DNA of 64,000 nt from Candidatus Poribacteria bacterium. GTDB taxonomy: Bacteria; Poribacteria; WGA-4E; WGA-3G. The stretch is from contig OZ242029.1 of NCBI GenBank assembly GCA_965205015.1, positions 5,056,001-5,120,000 of the forward strand, read 5' to 3'. Below the pieces are notes generated by a model. The model was not told where the DNA came from and did no database searches. It saw only the letters and a list, made by a program, of their open reading frames with translations. A program made the translations under genes and the position numbers. Below, piece by piece: positions 49,407-60,873 of this stretch. Position 1 is the stretch's first letter, and each line of letters starts with the position of its first letter.

Positions 49407-49533
49407 TTATAGTAAAACCCAAAAATAAGTGAACATTCGTAGCACAAACTGTCCAGTTTGTGCAGGGGAGGCACGCAAACTAACAGTTTGCGCTACAATC
49501 GGGGTGCCCAAGTAATTATTGACTCTACTATAA
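49407..49533. mobile_element. 127-bp MITE-like element, copy 3
   Basis: Differs from copy 1 at one position seen (gtgccc vs gtgtcc). Confidence 0.88.
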
Positions 49534-49565
49534 AACTATGGTAGATTTTAGAATGACTTAGACAT

Positions 49566-49710
49566 TATGAACGATAAGTTTGGGGGTACCCACAAGGGGG
49601 TACCCGTATATGAACGATAAGTTTGGGGGTACCCACAAGGGGGGTACCCGTATATGAACGATAAGTTTGGGGGTACCCACAAGGGGGGTACCCACAAGGG
49701 GTACCCCTAC
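49566..49710. repeat. Tandem array of 43-44-bp units containing a GGGTACCC hairpin
   Basis: tatgaacgataagtttgggggtacccacaaggggg(g)tacccgta x3 (third unit lacks the final gta), ending in gggtacccacaaggggtacccctac. Confidence 0.9.
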
Positions 49711-49743
49711 CAGAGGTCCACATATTTTGAGAATTCACCATAT

Positions 49744-50862
49744 TTAAACGGAAATGGAATGCTTCTCTAAAACTGCATCGTTCAATTCAATACCGAGTCC
49801 CGGTTTCGTTGAGGGAATGATGTATCCATCTTCCCACTGCAACGGTTCCTTAAGGATATCGGCGTGGAAACCGTCCCATGTATGGATGCCTTCTTGAATC
49901 AGGAAATTCGGGCTGCAGACATCCAACTGGATATTCGCAGCACCCCCAATGGGACCGCCATACAGATGGGGTGCGATCTGGGCGTAATGTGCCTCACCCA
50001 TTGAGGCAATCTTCTTCGCCTCCAGGATACCGCCTGTGATTGTCAAATCCATCTGCAGAATAGATGCCGCCTGCTGTTCCAATAGATCCACAAACTCATA
50101 TTTCGTTAGCAATCGTTCTCCGGTGGCAATTGGGATGCTCGTGGATTGTGCGACGCGTGCCATCTCTTTGATGTTTTCCGGGGGTAACGGTTCCTCGAAC
50201 CAGAGTGGATCGTATGGCTCGACGCGTTTCGCGAAACGGATCGCACTGTTTGTATTGAACTGTCCATGGGTGCCAATCAGAATATCACACCTATCGCCTA
50301 CGGCATCTCGGATGCCTCGGATGACGCTTTCTGCGTAGTTGAGCGTTTCCAACCGATCCGCTGTGCTTGGATCGACTGGGTCAAACTTGACAGCGGTAAA
50401 ACCTTTTTCGACGTAAGAGAGGGCGAGGTCCCCTGTCTTTTCTGGAGAATCGCCGCGTCGCCATTGCAAGAGATACGAATAGGCGCGCAATTTCTCGTGG
50501 AACATACCGCCTAACAGATTGTAAATCGGTTGATTCAGTGCCTTTCCAACAATGTCCCAGCATGCCATCTCAATCGCGCTCATCGCTGGACTTGTCAGTG
50601 GACCAGAGTGCCGTACGCACGGTCCCTCATAAAGGGTTGACCAGATCCGTTCAATCCGAAACGGATCCACGCCAATCAGATAGCGTTCACCCCAGTCTTT
50701 GATGAGTTCGATAACGACGTGGTTCAATTGCGTGTGATAGGTGCATTCACCTACGCCTTCAATCCCTTCGTCGGTCACCAATTTGACGAAAATCCAACGC
50801 CTTCCACCCCAATGCGGCGGCGGCACATCAACGAGATACGTTTTCACATCAACAATCTTCAT
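49744..50862 (-). CDS. Mandelate racemase/galactonate dehydratase-like enolase-superfamily enzyme
   Basis: GIEGVGE, SAIEMACWDIVGK, KFD, WFEEP, ATGERL, PGLGIE. Confidence 0.92.
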   Translation of the reverse strand: MKIVDVKTYLVDVPPPHWGGRRWIFVKLVTDEGIEGVGECTYHTQLNHVVIELIKDWGERYLIGVDPFRIERIWSTLYEGPCVRHSGPLTSPAMSAIEMACWDIVGKALNQPIYNLLGGMFHEKLRAYSYLLQWRRGDSPEKTGDLALSYVEKGFTAVKFDPVDPSTADRLETLNYAESVIRGIRDAVGDRCDILIGTHGQFNTNSAIRFAKRVEPYDPLWFEEPLPPENIKEMARVAQSTSIPIATGERLLTKYEFVDLLEQQAASILQMDLTITGGILEAKKIASMGEAHYAQIAPHLYGGPIGGAANIQLDVCSPNFLIQEGIHTWDGFHADILKEPLQWEDGYIIPSTKPGLGIELNDAVLEKHSISV

Positions 50863-50898
50863 TTTTTTAACTTTCCTTGCGGTTCGTTGAGGGTGAGT

Positions 50899-53127
50899 TT
50901 ACGGGTTCCACCAATAGGTCACTTTGCCGACCAAAGTGGTATCCAGCAATCCCGATGTGATACTGTCTGTCCCATACGTCTGATTGAAAACGAAATAAAA
51001 ATCACTACCGGGTTGGTAGATGTAATTGATTAAGAAGTTCGTGGTAACCAGATTCCGGTCGCTGTTCCATTGCACAAAAAGTTTCGTAAAAAGGTCGGTG
51101 GAAAAGGAATAACCGATACGGCCTCCGAAGACGTTCGTGTCAAATGAACCTTCTGGCAGTGTGACGCGGTTGAACTCGTATCTCGGTTCAAAGCTGAAAC
51201 GTCCGGTGAACCGAAGGTCGAAACGGAGGTCAAATCCGCGTCGGGTACCGTTATAGAAATCTCCAATATTGAACCCAAAGCGTCCGTTGAAGACCTGGCC
51301 TTGAGTGTTGAGCATGAGGTTGTAGTTATTGTAACTGTATTTGCCTCTCGGAATGACAATGCCTTCTCGAATCTCAAAGTCCTCGGTAAGGTTCTCAAAA
51401 TTTCGGTAGATTCGCAGACCGCCAAATCCGTTCGTTTCCAGTTCAAGCCATGTGCTCCAGATAAAGGTTCGCGTTTCGAGTTGATTGTCTGAATTGAGGA
51501 TGATGTCAATCTCCGGTCCGGTCCACAACCGACGGAACCCGTTCCAATGGAGATAAGGCGTCGCTCGCATTTCGCCCCGCAACCATCGACTGCCTGTCCG
51601 ATAGACGTAACCGACTTCGGGGTTGAAATCGTCGCCGATATCCGTATAGGAGGCGTTCACGCGTGCGACTTCGCTCTGCCAATTTCCACCGAGGTAAAGG
51701 GCGTTTGGGTTCTCGGTTGGCAAAGCACTGTTTCCCGGGCGGGCTTGCTTGCTGATTTCGCGCGTTTCAAAGGTGCGTGCCCAGAGGCCTCGGAAATTCA
51801 TTTCGCCGGTCGGACGATAGATGAAGTCAACACCAGTCGCGCGGTTATAGGCATCGAGACCCTGTTTATTAATCCCAATGACGCCGAGGCTCGATCCTGT
51901 GAAAAGATCGCGCTTGATACGCAACACCGAGTAGTTCGTCCTGTTAACATCAACGGCGTCCAAATTTTCCGTGGCATCTGCTGCATACTTATCCGTGTGA
52001 ACGTTCAGCAGCCCCACGCCGAAACCGCCCACTTTACCGGTAAGTTTCCCGCCCGCCATGATCGGGATCGCGTGTCCCTCTTCAATACCGATGCGCCGGC
52101 TATAGAAAAGCAGGAGCGGTGGCGGCGCGTTGAAACTCGTCCGTGGGATACCGAAATCGAATAAGCCTGCACCCTCCAAGAAGAATTGACGTTTCTCAGG
52201 GAAAAAGAGGTTGAACCGTGTCAAATTCGTTTCTTCTCGATCTGCCTCAACCTGTGCGAAGTCTGTATTGACCGTGAGATCCGCAGTGAGATTAGAGGTG
52301 ACACTTACCTTCATGTCGCCCCCGAAATCGAGCACCCCCACTGTGCCTTCCTCCTCTGTCCGAGCGACCCCAGGGAGAAGATACGGCAGAAACTCTATGT
52401 TCCGACGTTGTGAAATCCCGGATAAGCCGGTGAGGGTACCTAAGTCCGTTGTCCGATAGCGTGCGAGATACGTGTAGGCTGCCGGCACGGGTGACCATGT
52501 GCCTTCCTCCTGGTTTTTCCGGATGGTGCGTCCAAGGTTCAACCCCCATGTTGACGTTTCTTCATCCTTGAATCTCAGCTGACTGAACGGAATCGCAATT
52601 TCTGTCGTCCAGTTATCACCATTAATTTTTGCCTGGCTGTCCCAAACCGCATTCCAGTTCTCGTTTCGGCTGTCGCCGCTGTCCATGAGCGCGATATCCT
52701 CGCGCGCGCCGAGCGGATTGACTCGAAAGAAGAACCCACTCCGTCGGTCGTTATAGGTATCCAACAGTACAAAGACATTGTCTTGGTCCCATAACATCGT
52801 ATCGCGCCGCATCTTATTGGCAATAATTTTAGAGCGATCGGGTTCGCTGCAGACGAAACCGAAATAGATGTGTCTTTCATCATAAAGGATGCGAACCTCT
52901 GTGGATTCCGTCAGGGGTTCGCCTGCATCGGGTTCAAACTGAATAAATTGACGGATAGGCGTGGCGTTCTGCCAATCGGGCTCTGAAAGTTCCCCGTCGA
53001 TTTCGATGCTCTCGTAGGTGCGAAATGCCTCTGCTCGAAGTTCGTCAGTGTCGGCGTGTGCACCGGTGCTGATGCAAAGGAGCAGTAGAATTGATAGCCA
53101 TCTACATAGATAGTCCATGGTATCCAA
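50899..53127 (-). CDS. CBM9-like/DUF5916 outer-membrane protein
   Basis: IDGELSEPDW, TEVRILYD, NTDFAQVEAD, FFPEKRQFFLEG, FYSRRIG. Confidence 0.88.
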   Translation of the reverse strand: MDTMDYLCRWLSILLLLCISTGAHADTDELRAEAFRTYESIEIDGELSEPDWQNATPIRQFIQFEPDAGEPLTESTEVRILYDERHIYFGFVCSEPDRSKIIANKMRRDTMLWDQDNVFVLLDTYNDRRSGFFFRVNPLGAREDIALMDSGDSRNENWNAVWDSQAKINGDNWTTEIAIPFSQLRFKDEETSTWGLNLGRTIRKNQEEGTWSPVPAAYTYLARYRTTDLGTLTGLSGISQRRNIEFLPYLLPGVARTEEEGTVGVLDFGGDMKVSVTSNLTADLTVNTDFAQVEADREETNLTRFNLFFPEKRQFFLEGAGLFDFGIPRTSFNAPPPLLLFYSRRIGIEEGHAIPIMAGGKLTGKVGGFGVGLLNVHTDKYAADATENLDAVDVNRTNYSVLRIKRDLFTGSSLGVIGINKQGLDAYNRATGVDFIYRPTGEMNFRGLWARTFETREISKQARPGNSALPTENPNALYLGGNWQSEVARVNASYTDIGDDFNPEVGYVYRTGSRWLRGEMRATPYLHWNGFRRLWTGPEIDIILNSDNQLETRTFIWSTWLELETNGFGGLRIYRNFENLTEDFEIREGIVIPRGKYSYNNYNLMLNTQGQVFNGRFGFNIGDFYNGTRRGFDLRFDLRFTGRFSFEPRYEFNRVTLPEGSFDTNVFGGRIGYSFSTDLFTKLFVQWNSDRNLVTTNFLINYIYQPGSDFYFVFNQTYGTDSITSGLLDTTLVGKVTYWWNP

Positions 53128-53430
53128 AATAGAGACGTACCCTCCCTGATTATCTTAGACTTTATTCTATTATACCACATTTTTTGCAAATCTGCATGTC
53201 TAATCTATACGACTTCCCATAGCCGTTAATTTTAGAAAAATGGGCGTGTTTAGGAACCATTTCGCCCTCTCGGTACTGTCCTATTTTGTGCAGTGCTTGG
53301 ATCGGTTTGCACTATTTCGTGCAGTTTACTGTAGCGGACCCCTAAAAATTCATCTGTATTGGCATTTGGAAGATTGGCACGCGAATTGCTGATACAACAC
53401 CAACGGGTATCGTAGAATCTGAAAGGTATC

Positions 53431-53630
53431 GACTTACGCAGACATGCGATAAATCGCATGACGACAAACAGATATACCTTGGAGGGATATCTGTTTCTCA
53501 AAAGCAGTATGGTTTGTAGTAGCGCACTGGCGCAAGTCGAGTGTGGACTTGCGGTTAACCATCAACTCGCCTCCAATACAATATTCAAAGGAAACCCGAG
53601 TTGCTGGTTAAAATGTGCATTGCGTAAGTC
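53431..53630. mobile_element. MITE-like element with GACTTACGCA terminal inverted repeats
   Basis: gacttacgca ... tgcgtaagtc; internal catgcgataaatcgcatg hairpin. Confidence 0.55.
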
Positions 53631-53672
53631 CTATATAAAACGAAGTGACCCTGATTGATTGCCGACTTAAAC

Positions 53673-53702
53673 TTGTCATACTTAGTGCTATTGGTGTATA
53701 AT
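53673..53702 (+). promoter_or_regulatory. Sigma70-type promoter for katG
   Basis: TTGTCA-18 bp-TATAAT. Confidence 0.5.
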
Positions 53703-53895
53703 ATATTAGAAGAATAGGATGTAAACTTCCCTTTTGTAACACTTAGAGTCCGTCTTAAAAGTAGGTGAGATGTTCCTGTTTTGTCATTTCAAAGGCAAAA
53801 TCCACCCATTTTTTAGGGCATTTATCCGTAAAATAACAACTTTCAGAGATCCATTTGGATTGTTCAAACAAGTGCTTGGGGAGATTACGTCATAG

Positions 53896-56103
<2,208 letters not shown>

Positions 56104-56124
56104 TCTCGGTAAGGTAGTGCATGA

Positions 56125-56157
56125 CAGTGGGAGCGTGGAACTTTCATGCTCCCACTG
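56125..56157 (+). terminator. Stem-loop downstream of katG
   Basis: cagtgggagc...gctcccactg; no U-tract. Confidence 0.5.
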
Positions 56158-56296
56158 CTACCCCTCCAAAACTAAATCCAGTCTATTCCCCGACCAAATC
56201 CTCTAACCGCACCCGTCTTTCCTAATCACCCGTGTCAATTCACCAACTGACATAAGACTGCCCTTGCAGGAGCGATCTCCGAATCGCGATGCTCCC

Positions 56297-56324
56297 TTGA
56301 CTTTTCTGTCAGATATGTTATCAT
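56297..56324 (+). promoter_or_regulatory. Promoter immediately before the MFS start codon (possible leaderless mRNA)
   Basis: TTGACT-16 bp-TATCAT with TGn extension, 6 nt before ATG; no SD. Confidence 0.5.
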
Positions 56325-56330
56325 TTCCTT

Positions 56331-57638
56331 ATGAAAAACGATAAGAAAACAATCTTCGGGTGGTGCATGTATGACTGCGCGAATTCAGCCTATATTACGA
56401 CTGTGATCGCTGCCATATTGCCGAATTATTTTGCGAAAGCCATTGTAGGCGAGGCAGGTGTGGACATTCTCGGTATGAACGTAAGCGCGACAGCCTTGTG
56501 GGGCTATATGTTGGGAACCGCGGCGTTCTGCGTATTCCTCTTCGCACCTGTGCTTGGGGCGATTGCCGATTTCTCTGCCGCAAAAAAACGGTTTCTTATG
56601 GGATTTGCGTATATGGGCAGTATCTTCGCAACGCTGCTCTATTTTTGCAAGTCTGGCGATGTCGGATTGACGATTGTGCTATTTCTCGGTTCTCAAATTT
56701 GCTTTGTCGGCGGTAATGTGTTCTACGATGCGTTCTTACCACAGATCGCCTCCGAGGACACACTGGATTCCGTTTCTGCCCGAGGATATGCGTTCGGGTA
56801 TGTCGGCGGCTCGCTACAATTTACCATTGCCCTCGCCCTCGTCGCCACGCAAAAGACACCGGAAAGCCAAGCAATGGCGGCACGCATCGGGATGGCGATG
56901 ACGGGTATCTGGTGGGCAGGTTGGACGCTGTTGACGCTAAAATACCTAAAAGAGGAAAAAACGTCGTATCAACTTCCGGAGGCACACCGCAACACACCGA
57001 AACCTATCGCCTATCTCACCCTCGGCATCCGTCGGACACTTTCAACCGCGAAACGGGTCGGACGCTTTAAACACCTCACACTCTTCCTCATCGCCTATAT
57101 GATATACAACGACGGGATCCATACCGTTACCAGCATGGCGACAATCTACGGCACAGAAGAATTAGGGCTTTCGACGACGGCGCTCATGGTCACGCTTCTG
57201 TTGGTGCAAGTCGTTGCGATAGGGGGTGCCTTGATCTTCAGTCGGCTCGCAAGTCGTATCGGTGCGAGACGCTCCGTGATGTTCGCCTTGGTCTTATGGA
57301 GTGGCGTTGTTACATACGGATATTTCATTCACACCGCAACAGAGTTCTTTGTTCTGGGGATGGTTGTGGGGCTTGTGCTCGGTGGGACACAAGCGTTGAG
57401 CCGTTCCTTCTATGGCGCGATGATTCCAGAGCAGGCGAGTGCGGAGTTTTACGGATTCTATTCTGTCTTTAGTAAATTTTCGTCGATTTGGGGACCCGTA
57501 ACGTTCAGTGTTATCGAACAGATCACCGGCAGCGCACGCCTCGCCATCATTTCATTGATGATTTTCTTTATTGTGGGGTTGGTTCTGTTGGGATTTGTAG
57601 ATGAGGAAAAGGCGAAAGCGAATAAACTCGCGTTTTAG
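56331..57638 (+). CDS. MFS transporter, UMF1/Atg22-like family
   Basis: WCMYDCANSAY, APVLGAIAD, VFYDAFLP, GYAFGYVGG, QALSRS, EFYGFY. Confidence 0.92.
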   Translation: MKNDKKTIFGWCMYDCANSAYITTVIAAILPNYFAKAIVGEAGVDILGMNVSATALWGYMLGTAAFCVFLFAPVLGAIADFSAAKKRFLMGFAYMGSIFATLLYFCKSGDVGLTIVLFLGSQICFVGGNVFYDAFLPQIASEDTLDSVSARGYAFGYVGGSLQFTIALALVATQKTPESQAMAARIGMAMTGIWWAGWTLLTLKYLKEEKTSYQLPEAHRNTPKPIAYLTLGIRRTLSTAKRVGRFKHLTLFLIAYMIYNDGIHTVTSMATIYGTEELGLSTTALMVTLLLVQVVAIGGALIFSRLASRIGARRSVMFALVLWSGVVTYGYFIHTATEFFVLGMVVGLVLGGTQALSRSFYGAMIPEQASAEFYGFYSVFSKFSSIWGPVTFSVIEQITGSARLAIISLMIFFIVGLVLLGFVDEEKAKANKLAF

Positions 57639-57670
57639 GGGTTCCTCTGTTTTGGATTTAGGGTAGGTTT

Positions 57671-57772
57671 GTAGGCGTGCGATTTATCGCACTGCCTTGC
57701 GGCGAGGGAACGGGCAATGAATTGCCCTACTACGAACAGGAAAAAAAGGGACGGCACCAGACCGTCCCCTAC
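57671..57772. repeat. Cluster of three GTAG-type REP-like hairpins between convergent genes
   Basis: gtaggcgtgcgatttatcgcac; gggcaatgaattgccctactac; agggacggcaccagaccgtcccctac. Confidence 0.7.
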
Positions 57773-57778
57773 GTTTGG

Positions 57779-58654
57779 TTAATTCGTCAGCTCGAAAATA
57801 ATCGGGAGTTCGAGTCGCAAGCTGTTCCCCTCCTGTCCTTCGGGGAAAGGCGGATACGGCACGGCATTTTGGACGGCGGCGATCGCTGCGTTATCCAATG
57901 CCGTTAAACCGGAAGAATCTGTGACCGTCGGATTTTGAATCGTGCCGTCTTTGAAAAGCGTGAACCGAACGGTTGTGCTGGCACCCTCGTCTAAATTTCG
58001 GACACGGGGTGGGAAGCGTTGCACCTGTTTGATTCGGTCCCGAACCGCTTTTAAGAACTCGTTAAAGGACTGTTTCGCATCTCCTAAGTTGACAGAGGCG
58101 AGTTCCAGATTGCCTGGATCGTTGAATTCGGTTTGTGCGAGACTTGTTCCCATATCCATTCTTGTGACCAAGCTTGTGTTCTGAAACTTCGGCACTTCAA
58201 ACTTCGGCAGTGTTGTAACGATATTTGTCTGTTGTCGAGTGGCTCTGAACAGATTTTTGCCGATCCCTGTCGTGCTGGGTGCCATAATGGGGCGCGTAGA
58301 AACATCGCTCGTCGGCAGTGTAAAACGCGCGTTGCCCACCGGGATTTTAGCACTCGTTGTAACAGCCTGCCCTTTGGGTGCCCGGACCTTAGAAAACTTC
58401 GGTTTTTGGGGTTTTCGTGCTGCGCGGGGTGGGGTCCGGCGTTTCGGTTGTGGTTTCTCGGCTTCCAAAACGACACTCTCTACTTTATCATTGTGCATCT
58501 CCAAGACGGTTTTCTGAATAAAGTAGATACCCCCAGCGATAATCCCGATGACGTGCAGTCCGATGGCGAAACTCCATGCGATCCGGATCGCTTTCCTCTT
58601 CCGTTGTTGGGCGGCTTCTCGGTTCTGCCGCTGAACATCGGTAATTGTCCTCAT
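57779..58654 (-). CDS. tonB: TonB family energy transducer
   Basis: TM with SxxxxxH; Pro/Lys-rich linker; C-terminal VRFTL..DG....SSG..ALDNAA...PYPPFP. Confidence 0.85.
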   Translation of the reverse strand: MRTITDVQRQNREAAQQRKRKAIRIAWSFAIGLHVIGIIAGGIYFIQKTVLEMHNDKVESVVLEAEKPQPKRRTPPRAARKPQKPKFSKVRAPKGQAVTTSAKIPVGNARFTLPTSDVSTRPIMAPSTTGIGKNLFRATRQQTNIVTTLPKFEVPKFQNTSLVTRMDMGTSLAQTEFNDPGNLELASVNLGDAKQSFNEFLKAVRDRIKQVQRFPPRVRNLDEGASTTVRFTLFKDGTIQNPTVTDSSGLTALDNAAIAAVQNAVPYPPFPEGQEGNSLRLELPIIFELTN

Positions 58655-58699
58655 ATGTTTCTCCTCCCGTTCCTTTCAACACCCTATAGGCGTGCTTTG

Positions 58700-58726
58700 G
58701 TAGGGGCTGGGTTACCCAGCCCGTAC
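58700..58726 (+). repeat. GTAG-type REP-like hairpin
   Basis: gtaggggctgggttacccagcccgtac. Confidence 0.7.
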
Positions 58727-59245
58727 TTAGTCTTCGTAGCTCAGTAACTTATATCTATCGTTTTTAACAACGACCGAGCCGAGAATCTTCAATTCCCGTT
58801 TTTCGCCAGCGGCGTTCTGTAACGTCAAAACGGTTCCACGCAAAAGTTGGAACCCTTCATAAGTCTCTGTGGGTCGATCGAAGCGGATGTCAACAAACTT
58901 CAGATTTACTCCTCCGAAGTGCGCGATCCACTTTTTCATACCGATATTACATTTTTTGTTAAGATTCGACCAAGCGAAATCTCTTGGGAAATTGTTCGGT
59001 GGACGGCTTGCCGGAAATGCGGGCCAAATCCAATCAAGGTATTCCTCACGTTGCACACGCAGGCGGTCTAACTGCTCAATATCTTTCCGGTTCAGGGCGT
59101 CAACGACTGCCAGACCGAGGTGGCCTGGCGAGTCGAGACTATTTTTCCAAACCCGTCTCTCACATCCTACGAACCCGCTATAGACAACCACGACGGTTAG
59201 GAGAAGGTGAGAGGCGTGAACGGTGCGTTCGCTAATTCTGCGCAC
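58727..59245 (-). CDS. Putative lipoprotein, unknown function
   Basis: Hydrophobic stretch ending FVGC; overlaps the upstream gene end. Confidence 0.7.
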   Translation of the reverse strand: MRRISERTVHASHLLLTVVVVYSGFVGCERRVWKNSLDSPGHLGLAVVDALNRKDIEQLDRLRVQREEYLDWIWPAFPASRPPNNFPRDFAWSNLNKKCNIGMKKWIAHFGGVNLKFVDIRFDRPTETYEGFQLLRGTVLTLQNAAGEKRELKILGSVVVKNDRYKLLSYED

Positions 59246-60605
59246 TCGTTGTCCATCCTATGGTCCAATTGTTGCTTGGACTCACGCCACCGACGAAGTC
59301 AACCTGTTCAAAGAACCCATCGGCAGGAGGGCTTACGGGCGTTACCGCGTTTGCACCCGCGCCGGGTGTGAAGTTCGGGGCGGACTTGTTAAAAGGTGCT
59401 GCCAAACCGGGATCAACTTCTTTATTTCCGTTGGCAGCGGCGAAACCGGCTTCATCGAATCCATCGTCGTCCTTCTCATCGCCGAAGTTGCCTTTTCCAT
59501 TTTCAAAGAAAATACTGTTTTTGACAACCAGTTTACCGCTATCTGCTTGCGCGTGGGTCGCTTCGTTGTTGATATCGAGTCCAACTTTATTAAAGCCGGT
59601 AACGATGAAGTTTGCGAATGTGCCAGCAGCCCCTTCACGAATCAGCATACCGTTGTCGCTTTCCGGACCAGACGGATCCCCGACGAGCGTTGCGTTGTAG
59701 ATCGTCGCGGCGGAACGGGGTTGTGCCTCATTGTCTTTACTGCTGTTGTCGACTTCAAAGCCGTTATCCGCGTCGTCGCCGTACTGCTGCACGACGAGGA
59801 ACTGTGCTTTACCTGTCCAGCCGTCTGTCCAGTCGAAGGAGTCGTCGCGTGCCCCAGTAACCATGACATACTTGAGGTTAACGGTACCACCGAACATCTC
59901 AACGCCATCGTCTTGGTTCATGTGGACTTGGACATGATCCACGACGGTACCAGATCCGACCCCTTGGAAGGCGATCCCGTTCAATTCGTTGTCAGGACTG
60001 AATTCGATACCTGCGTATTCGACACGGACGTATTGAAGGACCCCGCTGCTGTCGGCAGGATTGTTGCCACCGAAGGCACCTGTGTCACCTTCACCGAAAG
60101 TTATGCCTTGGTTCGTAGGCGCGCTACCGTTGACAATCAAACCACCCCACTGTCCGCGTCCCCGGGCTCCTATCGCTGCATCGCTGGACATAACAATCGG
60201 TGCGGAGGCTGTGCCTTGTGCCATGATCTTAGAACCTTGGGTAATGATGAGCGTACCATTGGTTGCCTGTTCGCCGTAAATTTGGACACCCGCCTCAATC
60301 GTTAGCGTTGCACCGCCTTCGACAAAGACTGCACCGCGGAGGAGATAATCGTAAGCCGAAGTGAGCGTTTTATCGGCGTTCAATCTGCCTTCAAGAACGA
60401 CGACTTGACGCCCATCAACATCGATAATGGTTTCTTCCGCAACTGCTGCGTCTTCCTCGTGGTCGTGTGCGTCTTCCTCGTCGCTACCACAACCAACATA
60501 AGCGATGGCTAATCCAACCGTGAAAATGACCGTTAGCAGAAACAGCCAATTTTGATATAAACCCCTTCTTCCTGTGGATGCAGGGGCGGACCCAATATTT
60601 AACAT
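59232..60605 (-). CDS. Beta-helix-type surface lipoprotein associated with a TonB-dependent receptor (ElpS-like)
   Basis: Lipobox YVGC; WGGLIVNG, DSSGVLQYVRVEYAG, NELNG, DDGVEMFGGTVN, DDSFDW. Confidence 0.8.
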   Translation of the reverse strand: MLNIGSAPASTGRRGLYQNWLFLLTVIFTVGLAIAYVGCGSDEEDAHDHEEDAAVAEETIIDVDGRQVVVLEGRLNADKTLTSAYDYLLRGAVFVEGGATLTIEAGVQIYGEQATNGTLIITQGSKIMAQGTASAPIVMSSDAAIGARGRGQWGGLIVNGSAPTNQGITFGEGDTGAFGGNNPADSSGVLQYVRVEYAGIEFSPDNELNGIAFQGVGSGTVVDHVQVHMNQDDGVEMFGGTVNLKYVMVTGARDDSFDWTDGWTGKAQFLVVQQYGDDADNGFEVDNSSKDNEAQPRSAATIYNATLVGDPSGPESDNGMLIREGAAGTFANFIVTGFNKVGLDINNEATHAQADSGKLVVKNSIFFENGKGNFGDEKDDDGFDEAGFAAANGNKEVDPGLAAPFNKSAPNFTPGAGANAVTPVSPPADGFFEQVDFVGGVSPSNNWTIGWTTSAQN

Positions 60606-60739
60606 TAGCTAACTAAGCTCCTTTTTTTATTTTTTTCTGTGCCTAACCGATCCTACGGACAGGCATCGAGGGTCGCGACTCGGCGGTACACATCGCCGTT
60701 AATTTTTTTAGTCGCTATTGTAAATTTCCTTACCCTTAA

Positions 60740-60773
60740 AGAATACCGACAGATTGTTACAAAAAAATGACAA
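60740..60773 (-). promoter_or_regulatory. Pho-box-like direct repeat with -10 element
   Basis: Minus strand TTGTCAT-TTTT-TTGTAAC, then 10 bp, then TATTCT. Confidence 0.5.
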
Positions 60774-60800
60774 TCCTATGCGTTTTTTGCATTCTGAAAT

Positions 60801-60868
60801 GGCTATCGGTTAAAGGATTTTCGTCTAACGAAGGTCTCTTGTTACCGACAGCTGATCACTGACAACGG
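60801..60868. repeat. Intergenic palindromic element (TCGGTT...ACCGA family)
   Basis: ggctatcggttaaaggattttcgtctaacgaaggtctcttgttaccgacagc; related to 10556-10606. Confidence 0.6.
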
Positions 60869-60873
60869 TTCTC

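Noticed and set aside
49566-49710. Possible CRISPR array
   Set aside because: Units are contiguous with no unique spacers, and no cas genes are in the window
53250-53658. Short ORFs upstream of katG
   Set aside because: They lie in or across a MITE-like element and show no coding signature
59223-60305. 360-aa plus-strand ORF
   Set aside because: Antisense shadow of the well-supported lipoprotein gene; no recognisable motifs
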